The position numbers and the translations under genes are program-made. From positions 896,001-960,000 of the forward strand of contig OZ220696.1 of the NCBI GenBank assembly GCA_965116495.1: a stretch of 64,000 nucleotides of DNA, in the 5' to 3' direction. This document shows, in pieces, positions 26,919-36,813 of the stretch. This DNA comes from Gammaproteobacteria bacterium. Its GTDB lineage: Bacteria; Pseudomonadota; Gammaproteobacteria; Eutrophobiales; Eutrophobiaceae. Each line of letters opens with the position of its first letter. The stretch's first letter is position 1. The notes below the pieces were generated by a model that was not told where the DNA came from, searched no databases, and worked only from the letters and a program-made list of their open reading frames with translations.

Positions 26919-28241
26919 TTAATTGTCGACTTTCCCCAGTAATTCCAGGGCGCTGGTTGTCATAACCTCAACACCGGTCAGGATGGTCGGTTGCGGGTCC
27001 GGGGCAAAGAAAGGGGAGTGCAGGGAGGGCAGAACTTCACCTTTTTCCACGGCAGCAGCATATTTACCGGCCTCTACGCCGCCAATCCAGAGAAACAGGC
27101 TCGGTATTTTCGGTTCTACCCGGCCATACTGGGCGAAATCCTCCCCACCCATAACCGGCTCACCGGGTATGAGATCTTCATCGTCGAATACTGTCCTCAA
27201 TACCTTGACAATACGGTCTGACAAGTCCGGGTTGTTATACACGGAGGGAGTGGATTCATCCTTGATTTTTACTACTGGTAACTTGTCCGGAGGCAATCCC
27301 ATGGCCATGGCCTGGCCGATCGCAATTCTTTTTATGCCTTCAAGCAGCGTATTGCGGGCTTCATCGGTATAGGAACGCACAGTCAACTGTAATTCAACCC
27401 TGTCAGGGATGACATTGTGCTTCGTGCCCCCGTGTATCGAACCGACCGTGACCACACCGGCATCAATGGGTTTCAACTCGCGTGACACCAGGGTCTGCAA
27501 GGCATTGATAATCTGTGCAGACAACACGACAGGGTCCTTGGTGCGATGCGGGTAGGCGCCATGTCCGCCGATGCCGTAGACAGTAAGGTCAACGCTGTCA
27601 ACTGCAGCCATGACATAGCCTTTGGTGTAAATGACCTTGCCGGCAGGGACGGAGGCGCTGACGTGCAGTCCGAAGTTGTAGTCCGGGCGCGGAAATCGCT
27701 CGAACAGACCGTCTTTCAGCATGGCGCGGGCGCCTGCGCCGACTTCCTCAGCCGGCTGGGCAATCATCACCAGGGTGCCTCGCCACCTGTCGGTCATGGC
27801 CGTCAGGCGCCTTGCAGTACCGGTAAATACGGTCATGTTCACGTCATGGGCGCAAGCATGCATGACACTCACCGTGTCCCCATGATCATCGACCGCGGTC
27901 GCCTCGCTGGCATAGGGTTTGCCGGTTTTCTCAAAGACGGGCAGGGCGTCCATATCCGTCCTTAACAATACCGTAGGACCTTCATCATTCTTCAATACGC
28001 CGACGACACCGTAACCGCCGACTTTTTCGGTTACCGTAAAACCAAGGCTGCGGAGTTCGTCCGCCATCCGCTCACTGGTCTTTTCCTCATGGAAAGATAA
28101 TTCCGGATTCTGGTGTAAATGCAGGTACAGGGATTCGAGATAAGGGTAATCTTCCTGAATCGTCGTCTGCAAGGCGGTATCCGCCCGCACGCATAGCGTG
28201 AGTTGCGTCAGGAATAAAAAGAGCAGGGTGGATGATTTCAT
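26919..28241 (-). CDS. M20D-family amidohydrolase (hippurate hydrolase-like), with signal peptide
   Basis: HLHQNPELSFHE, RTDMDALP, MHACAHD, QPAEE, GGEDF, LHSP. Confidence 0.92.
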   Translation of the reverse strand: MKSSTLLFLFLTQLTLCVRADTALQTTIQEDYPYLESLYLHLHQNPELSFHEEKTSERMADELRSLGFTVTEKVGGYGVVGVLKNDEGPTVLLRTDMDALPVFEKTGKPYASEATAVDDHGDTVSVMHACAHDVNMTVFTGTARRLTAMTDRWRGTLVMIAQPAEEVGAGARAMLKDGLFERFPRPDYNFGLHVSASVPAGKVIYTKGYVMAAVDSVDLTVYGIGGHGAYPHRTKDPVVLSAQIINALQTLVSRELKPIDAGVVTVGSIHGGTKHNVIPDRVELQLTVRSYTDEARNTLLEGIKRIAIGQAMAMGLPPDKLPVVKIKDESTPSVYNNPDLSDRIVKVLRTVFDDEDLIPGEPVMGGEDFAQYGRVEPKIPSLFLWIGGVEAGKYAAAVEKGEVLPSLHSPFFAPDPQPTILTGVEVMTTSALELLGKVDN

Positions 28242-28295
28242 TGGTCCCGACAGGAATAAAACCGGGTTATTTAAGAATACGAAGGTATCCTTTTC

Positions 28296-28526
28296 TCAGA
28301 TAAAACGCATTGCAGCCAGGATGATGCCGGTCAACGTGATCATCAGACCGCCCAGGGTAATAATCAGTTCGCGCTTTTGCAGCGACAAGCCGCGATTTAA
28401 CTCGGCAGTGGTGACCAATTCTGCGCCTTGTTCATTAAGAATATGTACCATTGCCTCTGCCTGGTCCTGGCTGAAACCGGCGGCTTCCAGCCGGCGTACA
28501 GCCTTGAGTGTATCTGTGATAATCAC
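28296..28526 (-). CDS. Small DUF1640/CCDC90-like protein
   Basis: GGAGG RBS; TDTLKAVRRLEAAGFSQDQAEAMV...LVTTAEL; C-terminal TM. Confidence 0.75.
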   Translation of the reverse strand: MIITDTLKAVRRLEAAGFSQDQAEAMVHILNEQGAELVTTAELNRGLSLQKRELIITLGGLMITLTGIILAAMRFI

Positions 28527-28625
28527 CTGTTTACCTCCATGACGATCTCCATGGTTTCCATGTTAGAATTGAACAGTCGTCACTCTATCATCATGAGTTG
28601 ACCAAGTAAATATCGGAGGTAAAAC

Positions 28626-29024
28626 ATGGTCCTGGACTCCATCACTGATCCACAGGAATTACGCGATCATTTCGGTGAACCAGTGGAAAATCCTAAAGTT
28701 TCACTGATATTTTTCATACCCGGCATAACGGAGACATTACGCGTCCATGGTGCAGCGGAAATTGTGCTGGACAAGGAACTTCTCAAGTTCGGCAAGGCAG
28801 GAGCCAAATTACCCAAAACGGCCACGCTCATAAGAGTCAGCAAGGCATACATGCACTGTGGCAAAGCTTTGATCCGTTCAAAACTCTGGGATTCAGACCA
28901 GCACATCTCCAAGGGAGTGATACCACCGTTCGGTCAGATCATCAAAGAACAGGCAGGCGTACCGATGTCGCAGGAAGAGGTACAGGAAGTAGTGGACCAG
29001 GAATACCAGGACAACCTTTACTGA
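28626..29024 (+). pseudogene. Pyridoxamine 5'-phosphate oxidase-like FMN-binding protein (MSMEG_1061 type) with in-frame internal deletion
   Basis: ITDPQELRDHFGEP is fused directly to ENPKVSLIFFIPGITETLRVHG...YMHCGKALIRSKLW; the central SPRGD/PDRPGN segment typical of the family is missing. Confidence 0.7.
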
Positions 29025-29130
29025 AACTGATTCGGCTCTTCATGTGAGACGCCGGAACCGCTACTTTTAATCAGGTATTTATTGCAAAACTGCGTGTTTC
29101 TGTTTAGGTATCTTTGTCATTCCTCCATAT

Positions 29131-29158
29131 TATGCGCATAATATATATTATGTTAAAT
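29131..29158 (+). other. dif: dif site (XerC/XerD chromosome dimer resolution site)
   Basis: TATGCGCATAA-TATATA-TTATGTTAAAT versus E. coli GGTGCGCATAA-TGTATA-TTATGTTAAAT (25/28, XerD arm identical); intergenic and AT-rich. Confidence 0.92.
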
Positions 29159-29203
29159 AGAATATTGATCAGGGGTTAAAACCGGTAATTCACTGGATGT
29201 TTC

Positions 29204-30370
29204 TTATACTGCTCTCTTCTGCTTTAAATACAGCAGGCTCAGGACCGTAATCATGCTCAACAGGATCAGGACGATCCCGAGAATGCTCACGGCAGAGAAA
29301 TCACTACCCCGGATCATTGATCCGACCACCCCCGGACCCAGACCCAGGCCGGCAGTCTGAACCGCCCCCATCATGACAACCACACGGCCCTTTGGATCCA
29401 GCTCCGCCATGATTCCGGAGAAATAAGGTTGTGTCAGGTTCCAGGCAAACAGGTACAGCATGGTCGCCATGCCGAAACGCAGTCCATCGATATCTCCTGA
29501 CAGTATCACCAGGCCGCAAATCGACATCACGGCACTGATGATGATCGGCAAGGCGCGACCGTAACGGATGCTGATTGACGCCGCTATAAGTGCACCAACT
29601 ACCCCGCCGATGTTGGATAAGGCAAGACTGGTGCCAATGGTTTGTCCTGGAAGTCCGGCGTCTGACCCAATGCGTTCCATGAATGCCCAGGCTTCCCCCT
29701 GTGCCATGAAATAAAGGAAGACGGTAGCCAGCCCCAGACCTACCAGTACATAAGGCAAGGGCTTTTCTTCACTTGTCAAGCTGCTATGCTCCTCACCGTG
29801 GGAGATAGGCAACCAATGTACAAACAGAAAGTTAATCACAACAAGCAGGCTTATAATTGCAAACACATAGGCCTTTCCGCCGGAGGCAAGGATCATGGGA
29901 ATGAAATACAGCAGGGTCGCCGCCAAAGTTAAAATCACCACTAGGTAAATCCCGAATTGCCGGTCAGGATTATGCGTCCCGCCAAAGATGGCAAAGGCCA
30001 CAGAGACTGCCATGCCCTCCCCTATACCGGCAATCAAGCGCGCGAGGATCATGGCTTGATAGGAATCTGCCTGGATTGATAACAGGCTGCCGGCCAATAA
30101 CACGGCTAATGCTGCAACTGCCAGCACACGCCAGTTTGATTTGTGGATGAGAAATGCCGTGATGCCCATGGCTGCTGCCATGGTAATGATATCCGCGGAC
30201 ATGACCAGACCGACCTGGCCCGGACTCAGCTGCAGGCTGTCAGATATTACTCCTACAATGCCGGGCAGTATGACAATGGTCAAGGCGCCAATGCTGCCGA
30301 GGTAATTTGCTGCCACTAATGAGCGGATGCTGTTCAGATCGGCAGCTTCTACCGTTGTTGATTTTAACAT
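29204..30370 (-). CDS. MFS transporter
   Basis: About 12 hydrophobic segments; ARLIAGIGEG motif; similar to 45421-46599. Confidence 0.85.
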   Translation of the reverse strand: MLKSTTVEAADLNSIRSLVAANYLGSIGALTIVILPGIVGVISDSLQLSPGQVGLVMSADIITMAAAMGITAFLIHKSNWRVLAVAALAVLLAGSLLSIQADSYQAMILARLIAGIGEGMAVSVAFAIFGGTHNPDRQFGIYLVVILTLAATLLYFIPMILASGGKAYVFAIISLLVVINFLFVHWLPISHGEEHSSLTSEEKPLPYVLVGLGLATVFLYFMAQGEAWAFMERIGSDAGLPGQTIGTSLALSNIGGVVGALIAASISIRYGRALPIIISAVMSICGLVILSGDIDGLRFGMATMLYLFAWNLTQPYFSGIMAELDPKGRVVVMMGAVQTAGLGLGPGVVGSMIRGSDFSAVSILGIVLILLSMITVLSLLYLKQKRAV

Positions 30371-30406
30371 GGGGAATTAATACACCTGAACCAGGACGTC
30401 GTGTCA

Positions 30407-31663
30407 CTATTCCGCATTCTTCTCGAAAACAATATCTCCGTTCTGTATCACCAGGCTCGGTTTTACCAGTGCTTCCAGGCTTTCAAGGGGGTCAGAATCA
30501 AGCAGTATCACATCGCCCCACTTGCCAGCTTCAATACTACCGGCCACGGCATCCAGCCCCATCGTCTCTGCGCCGATCAAGGTGGCTCCCTGTATGATTT
30601 CCATATGTGTCAGGCCGCCCAGTGTGAAACCCTCAAGTTCTTGAAGATACACATCGTCCATGGTCGGCAGATCCTTTGCGTTTGAATCCGTGCCGACGGC
30701 AAACTTCACGCCCAGCTCATGCATTCTCCTGAACCGCTCAACCATACCTTCATAGGTATGGCCCAGGTATTTCGCCAGGTAGTCCGCATCATACGAGTAT
30801 TGACCGTCCAGTTCGCGCAGGTGGTAGCCGATGGTCGGGACCAGGTTGATTTTTTTCTCCACCATGTCCCGGTACACGTCATCACCACCGAACGGATAAA
30901 GGTGCTCCATACTGTCAACACCGGCGTCAACGGCTATGCGTCCGGAGGTATGATGCAGGTCCTGGGCGCCGCCCAGGTGTGCGGTGAGGCGTAAATTCCA
31001 GGAATGGGCTTCCTCTACCGCGGCGCTGAGTTCCTCCAGCGTATACGGCGTGGTCGTTTTGATCAGGTCTGCGCCCAGTTTCGCCGCTTCGCGCACGCGT
31101 TTGCGAAATTCCCACGGACCGTCCGCCTCCACCGCCCATATCGGTGGTATTAACGGTTGAAACTCCGTGGCATGCCCTCCCGTCGTGGTAATCAAGGGAC
31201 CGGATACGTATAACCTGGCGCCTCCTATAAGCCCGTCCCGCTGCGCCCGCTTAAGCGAATAGCCGACATGGTAGCGGGACGCCACGTCCCGTATCACCGT
31301 GACACCGATTTCCTGGTAGCGTTCCAGGAAACGCTCCGAACGCAGGGCGTTGACGACATCGTCTTCCAGGTCCCGGGCGCCGGCCAGTTTAAAGGTAATG
31401 TGCGCATGCAGGTCGTACAAACCTGGCAGGACCCATTTCCCTCCGGCATTGATTTCTTGTGCACCTTCCGGCAAAGCATCAGGTTTGCCCAGGTAAACTA
31501 TGTTGCCTTCATTGATGAGAATGCCGGGGTTGGGTCTCGGCCCGGCCCCGGTGCCGTCAATCAAAGTACCCCCCGTTATCCAGTATGGGGCTGCTGCCAC
31601 CGGATAGCAAAACAACAACAATGCCAGTTTCCCGGCTTTCAGAAAAAAAGATTGTAATGTCAT
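30407..31663 (-). CDS. Metal-dependent amidohydrolase (exported)
   Basis: Signal peptide; LIDGTG, PGLYDLHAH, GVTVIRD, VGTD, GSIEAGKWGD. Confidence 0.9.
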   Translation of the reverse strand: MTLQSFFLKAGKLALLLFCYPVAAAPYWITGGTLIDGTGAGPRPNPGILINEGNIVYLGKPDALPEGAQEINAGGKWVLPGLYDLHAHITFKLAGARDLEDDVVNALRSERFLERYQEIGVTVIRDVASRYHVGYSLKRAQRDGLIGGARLYVSGPLITTTGGHATEFQPLIPPIWAVEADGPWEFRKRVREAAKLGADLIKTTTPYTLEELSAAVEEAHSWNLRLTAHLGGAQDLHHTSGRIAVDAGVDSMEHLYPFGGDDVYRDMVEKKINLVPTIGYHLRELDGQYSYDADYLAKYLGHTYEGMVERFRRMHELGVKFAVGTDSNAKDLPTMDDVYLQELEGFTLGGLTHMEIIQGATLIGAETMGLDAVAGSIEAGKWGDVILLDSDPLESLEALVKPSLVIQNGDIVFEKNAE

Positions 31664-31690
31664 GATCAGAACCTCGCGTTATCGCGTCAT

Positions 31691-31714
31691 GGGGACGGAT
31701 TAAAATCCGTCCTC
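31691..31714. terminator. Short intergenic hairpin
   Basis: GGGGACGGATT-aa-AATCCGTCCTC just downstream of the amidohydrolase-3 gene. Confidence 0.5.
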
Positions 31715-31718
31715 GGTA

Positions 31719-33416
31719 TCATTCGACCGGATATGAGCCGTATACCACATTACCGGCCAGTACCGTAGCCTCGACTTCAATATCCTTGATATCCTCGGCA
31801 GGCACGGTAAGGATATCGTCCGACAGCACCACAAAGTCCGCATACTTGCCCGGCTCGATGGAACCTTTTACGTCTTCCTCAAAACTGACGTAAGCTGAAT
31901 CGAGGGTGATGCCGCGGATGGCCTCTTCCCGGGTCAGTCCCTGGTCCGCACCCAGTACCCCGCCCCACCCCGTACCTCTGGTGACGGCGACGTAAATCTG
32001 CGTTATCGGTTTTGAACGGGAGGATACCGGCTTGTCTGCGCCCAGTGAAAATTTTATGCCGTTGTCCAGCCAGTCCCTCAGACGATAGGATTTATGCGCC
32101 AGTTCCTCACCCCAGTGTTCTATGAATTTGTCGCCGATGATATACAGGTGCCTGGGTTGGGGCAGCACAATGAGGCCGAGCTTTTTGACCCGCTCGTAGT
32201 GGTCTGGTTGCAACAGGATGCCATGGTCCACAATCCAGCGCTTGTCAGTAATATCGATATGGCTGTTCACATACTCATAGGCATCCAGGAGCTGATCGAT
32301 GGATGCGTCGCCGACGGCATGGGGGCCCGGACGCCAGCCGTGCCGCGCGGCTGCCAGCACAAACCGGTTCAGTTGATCCTGTTCAATAAGCCGCAGTCCG
32401 TAGTAGCCGGGCCGGCCCCGGTATTCCGTGCGGATCTGGGCTGATTCCTCGGCGCCGTCCAGCATCATTTCCGCCAGGCCGTCAGTCCTGAATATACCAT
32501 CTCCCCATCTCTCTTTCGGGTCGCCCAGGGTCTCAAACAAGGCGTCGATCTCATCTGCCGGGGTATTGGCATCGACGTCGTAGCACCAGTCGACCCTGAC
32601 GGTCAGTTCCCCGTCTTCATACAGTTCGCGCAGCATTTCGACAAGTTCCCGGCTGCCGCCGGGTTCTCTCAGACTCGTCATGCCCCAACTGTTCACGCGC
32701 CTGATTGCCTGGCGGATACCGTCCAACTGCACTTCCCTCTCCGGTGTCTGAAAATGATCCAGAAACGGGTACATGGCATTGCGTACAAGAAAGCCGGTCG
32801 GTTCTCCCTCCTCATCCTTCCATATTTCTCCACCAGGCGGATTTTCGCTGTCCTTGTCGTAGCCTATCCGTTCCAGCGCCATGCTGTTGGCTATGACATA
32901 ATGGCCGCCTTTCAACGTCACCGGGTTGTCGGGTGAGACCTCGTCGAGATCGTATCGATTCGGCAGGCGTCCGTCCTCCAGCATGAACTGCCACCAGCCG
33001 CCCTCGCTGAATATCCATTCACCCTTTTCCGTAACTTTAACCCGTTCTGCGACTGCCTGTTTTATGTCGTCGATCGATGTTATTTCGGTCAGGTCAATCA
33101 TCGTCGGCAGGTTGATCCCCATGGTCGTCATATGGCTATGGGTATCGTTGAACCCGGGAAGCACCGTCTTGCCTCCAAGGTCCACGATCGCCGTATCAGG
33201 GCCCGCGCTCTCAAGGACCAAATCTTCCGTTCCCACCCGCATGAACTTCCCATCCTTGACTGCAGCAGCTTCTGCAATGGAGAAATCCTTGTCGACCGTG
33301 ACAATTTTCCCATTGTGAATAATCAGGTCTGGCGCCGGATTTTGTTCGGCACAGCCGCTGCAAAGAACAGCGAAGGCAACTAAAATTGGCAGGAAATCTG
33401 CGTGTATGTGTTTCAT
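31719..33416 (-). CDS. Amidohydrolase-3 (YtcJ/NfdA-like), probable lipoprotein
   Basis: AVLCSGC lipobox-like; PGFNDTHSH, HAVGD, DHG, GSIEPGKYADFVVLS. Confidence 0.9.
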   Translation of the reverse strand: MKHIHADFLPILVAFAVLCSGCAEQNPAPDLIIHNGKIVTVDKDFSIAEAAAVKDGKFMRVGTEDLVLESAGPDTAIVDLGGKTVLPGFNDTHSHMTTMGINLPTMIDLTEITSIDDIKQAVAERVKVTEKGEWIFSEGGWWQFMLEDGRLPNRYDLDEVSPDNPVTLKGGHYVIANSMALERIGYDKDSENPPGGEIWKDEEGEPTGFLVRNAMYPFLDHFQTPEREVQLDGIRQAIRRVNSWGMTSLREPGGSRELVEMLRELYEDGELTVRVDWCYDVDANTPADEIDALFETLGDPKERWGDGIFRTDGLAEMMLDGAEESAQIRTEYRGRPGYYGLRLIEQDQLNRFVLAAARHGWRPGPHAVGDASIDQLLDAYEYVNSHIDITDKRWIVDHGILLQPDHYERVKKLGLIVLPQPRHLYIIGDKFIEHWGEELAHKSYRLRDWLDNGIKFSLGADKPVSSRSKPITQIYVAVTRGTGWGGVLGADQGLTREEAIRGITLDSAYVSFEEDVKGSIEPGKYADFVVLSDDILTVPAEDIKDIEVEATVLAGNVVYGSYPVE

Positions 33417-33472
33417 GGTGTTCTCCGGAATTGATAAGTTACTGTTCCATTTGCTGCTGGAAATGCATGTGC

Positions 33473-34789
33473 TCAGTTGTAACAATGTAGACCCGTGATT
33501 CTATGCATTACCCGGGAGCGAAGCCTGGCAGTATTGATAAGTATAGCGGGTAAGCGCGACATCAACCCGTAATGGCGAATTGCATCCGGTCTCTCAATCA
33601 ATAAATTCAGTTTTCCGGTGTGTCCCTGTTTAATATATCCGGCTACTTCGCGCCCAAGAACCGTGTTAATCGCCAGGCCCCTGCCGTTACAGGCCTGCAC
33701 GGCAAATAATCCCTCCGATAACTGCGTAAACCTGGGCAATATGGAACGGCCTATCCACGTTGTCCCCATCCACAGGTAACGGATGCGGGCCGAAGCCAGC
33801 AGTGGAGAGAAGTGCTTTAACCGTTGTTCGACAATACGGATAATCCGGCTTCTGGCATTATTGAACATAAATGCAGGACAGGCGGTAATCAGCCGTCCAT
33901 CCCTGTCGTAACGCATCGAATAAATATTCGGACTGACATCTGTCATTGCGTGGTTTTCAGGCAGGATAACCTCCCTGACCTTATCGTCCAGAGGTTCCGT
34001 TGCCATCTGGAATACCCGGAACGGCAGGACCGTGTTGGCGAGGCCGGCAGACAGTTTTCGATTGCCGCCACCTGCACAAAGCACGACTATTCTTGCATTA
34101 ACCCGGAATTTATCTGACTCGAGGCGCCACCCTGTGCCGGTCTTATGCACTTCAAGCACCGGGCTGTTAATGAGTACCCGGGCGCCCTGCCCTGTCGCCG
34201 CCCGCGCCAGTTCCCGCACATAAGCAAGCGGGTTGATTGCGCCGCCGGCCGGGTCCAGCAGCGCTCCCAGGTAGGCATCCAGTCCGGACAGGTGACAAAT
34301 TCCCTCCCGGTCCACCGTTTCGATCCCGTAACCCAGCGAACGCCACTCTGAAGCTACCCGGTTGACCCGTTCAACCTCCCGAACGGTTCTCGCCGGGCCC
34401 AGGAATCCCGTTTGCTGGGGTGCGCAATCGAGACCCAGTTTACGTATCAGGGAAAATACATATTCCCCGGACTCACCTATCATGTTCACAAGGCGTCCGC
34501 CTTTTTCTTCACCGTATTGTTCCAGCAACTCATACGGGCTGTGACGGACTGAAAGAGATACTACGAGGCCGGCGCTTTTACCGGCAGCGTCGCTACCAGG
34601 AGTTAGCGCCTCCAATACCAGGGGAGCCATCCCTGCATCGGTTAAATGGTACGCAAGCGATAGTCCGGCAACCCCCGCTCCCACGACTGCAATCTCAGTT
34701 TCATGAATGCCTGTCAAGGAATTAAGGCCTGGCACAGCCGGTGTAACTTTACTCCAGAGCGTGTTGTCTTCTACCTCAACCGCACTCAT
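33473..34789 (-). CDS. FAD-dependent oxidoreductase (DAO family, PuuB/OrdL-like)
   Basis: VVGAGVAGLS; INPLAYVRELA; CNGRGLA. Confidence 0.88.
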   Translation of the reverse strand: MSAVEVEDNTLWSKVTPAVPGLNSLTGIHETEIAVVGAGVAGLSLAYHLTDAGMAPLVLEALTPGSDAAGKSAGLVVSLSVRHSPYELLEQYGEEKGGRLVNMIGESGEYVFSLIRKLGLDCAPQQTGFLGPARTVREVERVNRVASEWRSLGYGIETVDREGICHLSGLDAYLGALLDPAGGAINPLAYVRELARAATGQGARVLINSPVLEVHKTGTGWRLESDKFRVNARIVVLCAGGGNRKLSAGLANTVLPFRVFQMATEPLDDKVREVILPENHAMTDVSPNIYSMRYDRDGRLITACPAFMFNNARSRIIRIVEQRLKHFSPLLASARIRYLWMGTTWIGRSILPRFTQLSEGLFAVQACNGRGLAINTVLGREVAGYIKQGHTGKLNLLIERPDAIRHYGLMSRLPAILINTARLRSRVMHRITGLHCYN

Positions 34790-34801
34790 GGCAGGGTCTG
34801 A

Positions 34802-35287
34802 TCAGTCCAGGGGTTCTATGGATAACTTGCAGGCGCCGTTGGAACGGATCCGGCCGATACAGGATTGCGCATCGGCAAGATCCTCTGCGACAATCTCACC
34901 ACAGATATTGGCCATCAACCAACCGAACGGGAAAAACAGGCGGCCTCCATCCCCATAGAATATACCCAGGTCAAAGAATGCCCCGGGTGGTATTCCTTTT
35001 ATGCTGCCTGACCTGGCATAGGCAAGGACAATTTCCCCTGCCTGCGGAAATGAACTGGCATTTTCCAGCGGCATGTCTATCTGCGCGAGTTCTTCAGGCA
35101 ATACCGAAGCGGGTAATGGACAGGAAAGTTCCGGGCCTGTCCACATGGCATGGATGGCGTCGTGCGTGGGCCGGGTCTGCGCCAGTTGCCATAAAAATTC
35201 AGCCGAATGCGGCGCTTTATCATCCAGGAGCGCACACCTGGCCGACAGCCCGGACCGCGGTTCAGTAAGCCTGATGATTCGATTCAC
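34802..35287 (-). CDS. DUF3830-family (cyclophilin-like fold) protein
   Basis: LLDDKAP, HAMWTGPE, ENA..FPQAGEI, GIFYG. Confidence 0.75.
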   Translation of the reverse strand: MNRIIRLTEPRSGLSARCALLDDKAPHSAEFLWQLAQTRPTHDAIHAMWTGPELSCPLPASVLPEELAQIDMPLENASSFPQAGEIVLAYARSGSIKGIPPGAFFDLGIFYGDGGRLFFPFGWLMANICGEIVAEDLADAQSCIGRIRSNGACKLSIEPLD

Positions 35288-36672
35288 TGGATAAAATCGC
35301 GTATCACCCTGCCGTCCGCAACGACCAGTTTCACATCCTGGAGGTTTTGTATGTCCTCCAGGGGGTTACTGCCGACTACAAGGATGTCCGCCAGCTTGCC
35401 TGGCTCCAGGGTGCCGAGTTTGTCTTCCAATTTCAGTATCTCCGCACCGACACGCGTGGCTGAGGCTAATACATCCTCGTCAGACAGGCCCGCATCTTTC
35501 AACAGGCCAAGCTCCACATAATAATCCTGGGGATAGCGCACGTCGTTTTCAAACGGGATATCCGAACCTACACCGATACGGATTCCAGCCTTGTGCGCGA
35601 GTCCGACCATCTCGAGATGTTGTTCATGAACGACGGGAAAACGGCGGGAAAACGTATAGAAAAAACCACCGGAGGGTATTCCCGCCGAGGGATAGCCTGT
35701 TTTCTCTACGTTGTAGAATGCAGTCAGTGTCGGAACAAAGTCCGTCTTGTTGCGGGCCATGACTGCGATAATATGCTCGTCCATCCCCAGAGGATGCTCG
35801 ATCGTATCGATACCGGCTTCTGACGCCCACTCGGTATATTTGCCGAATGAGTCAACAGCAACAGGGATACCCTGCATATGGGCTTCATTAACTGCAGCGG
35901 TGACTTCTTCCCGGGTGTACGGCGCGGTCAGTTTTATCCAGTCCGCATGCTTGCGAATCTGTTCCCGCACCGCCAGCCGCCAGTCCCAGGGACCGGTTGC
36001 GACACGCACCCTGCTGGAAGGCGCCAGGCTTTTCGGCTTGCCCGTAGCGGTTGACGTGATCTCGTCCGCGTGCCCGCTTCTTGCAGCAATAAGATTACCG
36101 CTCCATAGTACGCGCGGCCCGTCAACCATGCGCCGCTCAACGGCCTCCTTGATCCGTAATGCAACGTCATTGGACGTCCCCACGTCACGGACCGCGGTAA
36201 CGCCGGCGTCAGCGAATTGCCCCAGCAACAGGACCCCGCGAATGGCCGCGGCCGCATCCGAGTTGCGGTAGCGGGTGAAATCCATACCGCGCTGCTGGGT
36301 GAAATGGATATGCAGGTCAATCAGTCCGGGCACGATATATAAACCTGACGTGTCGATCACCTGCCCTTCTTCCGTTGAGACCTCGGCCCCGGCCGCAGTG
36401 CCGGCATACATTATCCGGTCGCCGCGCAGCGCCACCAACGCGTCGGCTATGGGAGCAGTACCGGTACCGTCAATCAGGGTCCCTCCCTGTAATACGAGCA
36501 AGGGATCTGCAGAGTAATCATGGGGTGGAACCGGCACCCGCCGGGTATCGTCCGTGGTGGTAAATGTTGTTTCCTGTGCTGCGCTGACACCTGGCGCGGC
36601 TAACATGAAAAAACATACGATGACTGAAAAAGTATTCTTGATGATAACCATTTTGCCGTATCTCCTCATCAT
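35284..36672 (-). CDS. Metal-dependent amidohydrolase (exported)
   Basis: Signal peptide; PGLIDLHIH, GVTAVRDVG, IEH, GSD, GTLEPGKLAD; paralogous to 30407-31663. Confidence 0.9.
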   Translation of the reverse strand: MMRRYGKMVIIKNTFSVIVCFFMLAAPGVSAAQETTFTTTDDTRRVPVPPHDYSADPLLVLQGGTLIDGTGTAPIADALVALRGDRIMYAGTAAGAEVSTEEGQVIDTSGLYIVPGLIDLHIHFTQQRGMDFTRYRNSDAAAAIRGVLLLGQFADAGVTAVRDVGTSNDVALRIKEAVERRMVDGPRVLWSGNLIAARSGHADEITSTATGKPKSLAPSSRVRVATGPWDWRLAVREQIRKHADWIKLTAPYTREEVTAAVNEAHMQGIPVAVDSFGKYTEWASEAGIDTIEHPLGMDEHIIAVMARNKTDFVPTLTAFYNVEKTGYPSAGIPSGGFFYTFSRRFPVVHEQHLEMVGLAHKAGIRIGVGSDIPFENDVRYPQDYYVELGLLKDAGLSDEDVLASATRVGAEILKLEDKLGTLEPGKLADILVVGSNPLEDIQNLQDVKLVVADGRVIRDFIQ

Positions 36673-36686
36673 TCCTCTACAGGGCC

Positions 36687-36736
36687 CGTCATTCCTGCGA
36701 AGCTTGTCCCTGCGGCAGCAGGGAGCAGGAATCCAG
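36687..36736. repeat. CGTC-type REP
   Basis: CGTCATTCCTGC-gaagcttgtccctgc...gcaggga-GCAGGAATCCAG. Confidence 0.8.
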
Positions 36737-36770
36737 TGACAGCTTAGACCTTAACGGATATTAGCCAGAG

Positions 36771-36810
36771 ACAGGCCGCGCACCCTGTTCGGAAAGGGTG
36801 CGCGACCTGT
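36771..36810 (-). terminator. Hairpin downstream of the TonB receptor gene
   Basis: ACAGGCCGCGCACCCT...AGGGTGCGCGACCTGT. Confidence 0.6.
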
Positions 36811-36813
36811 TGA

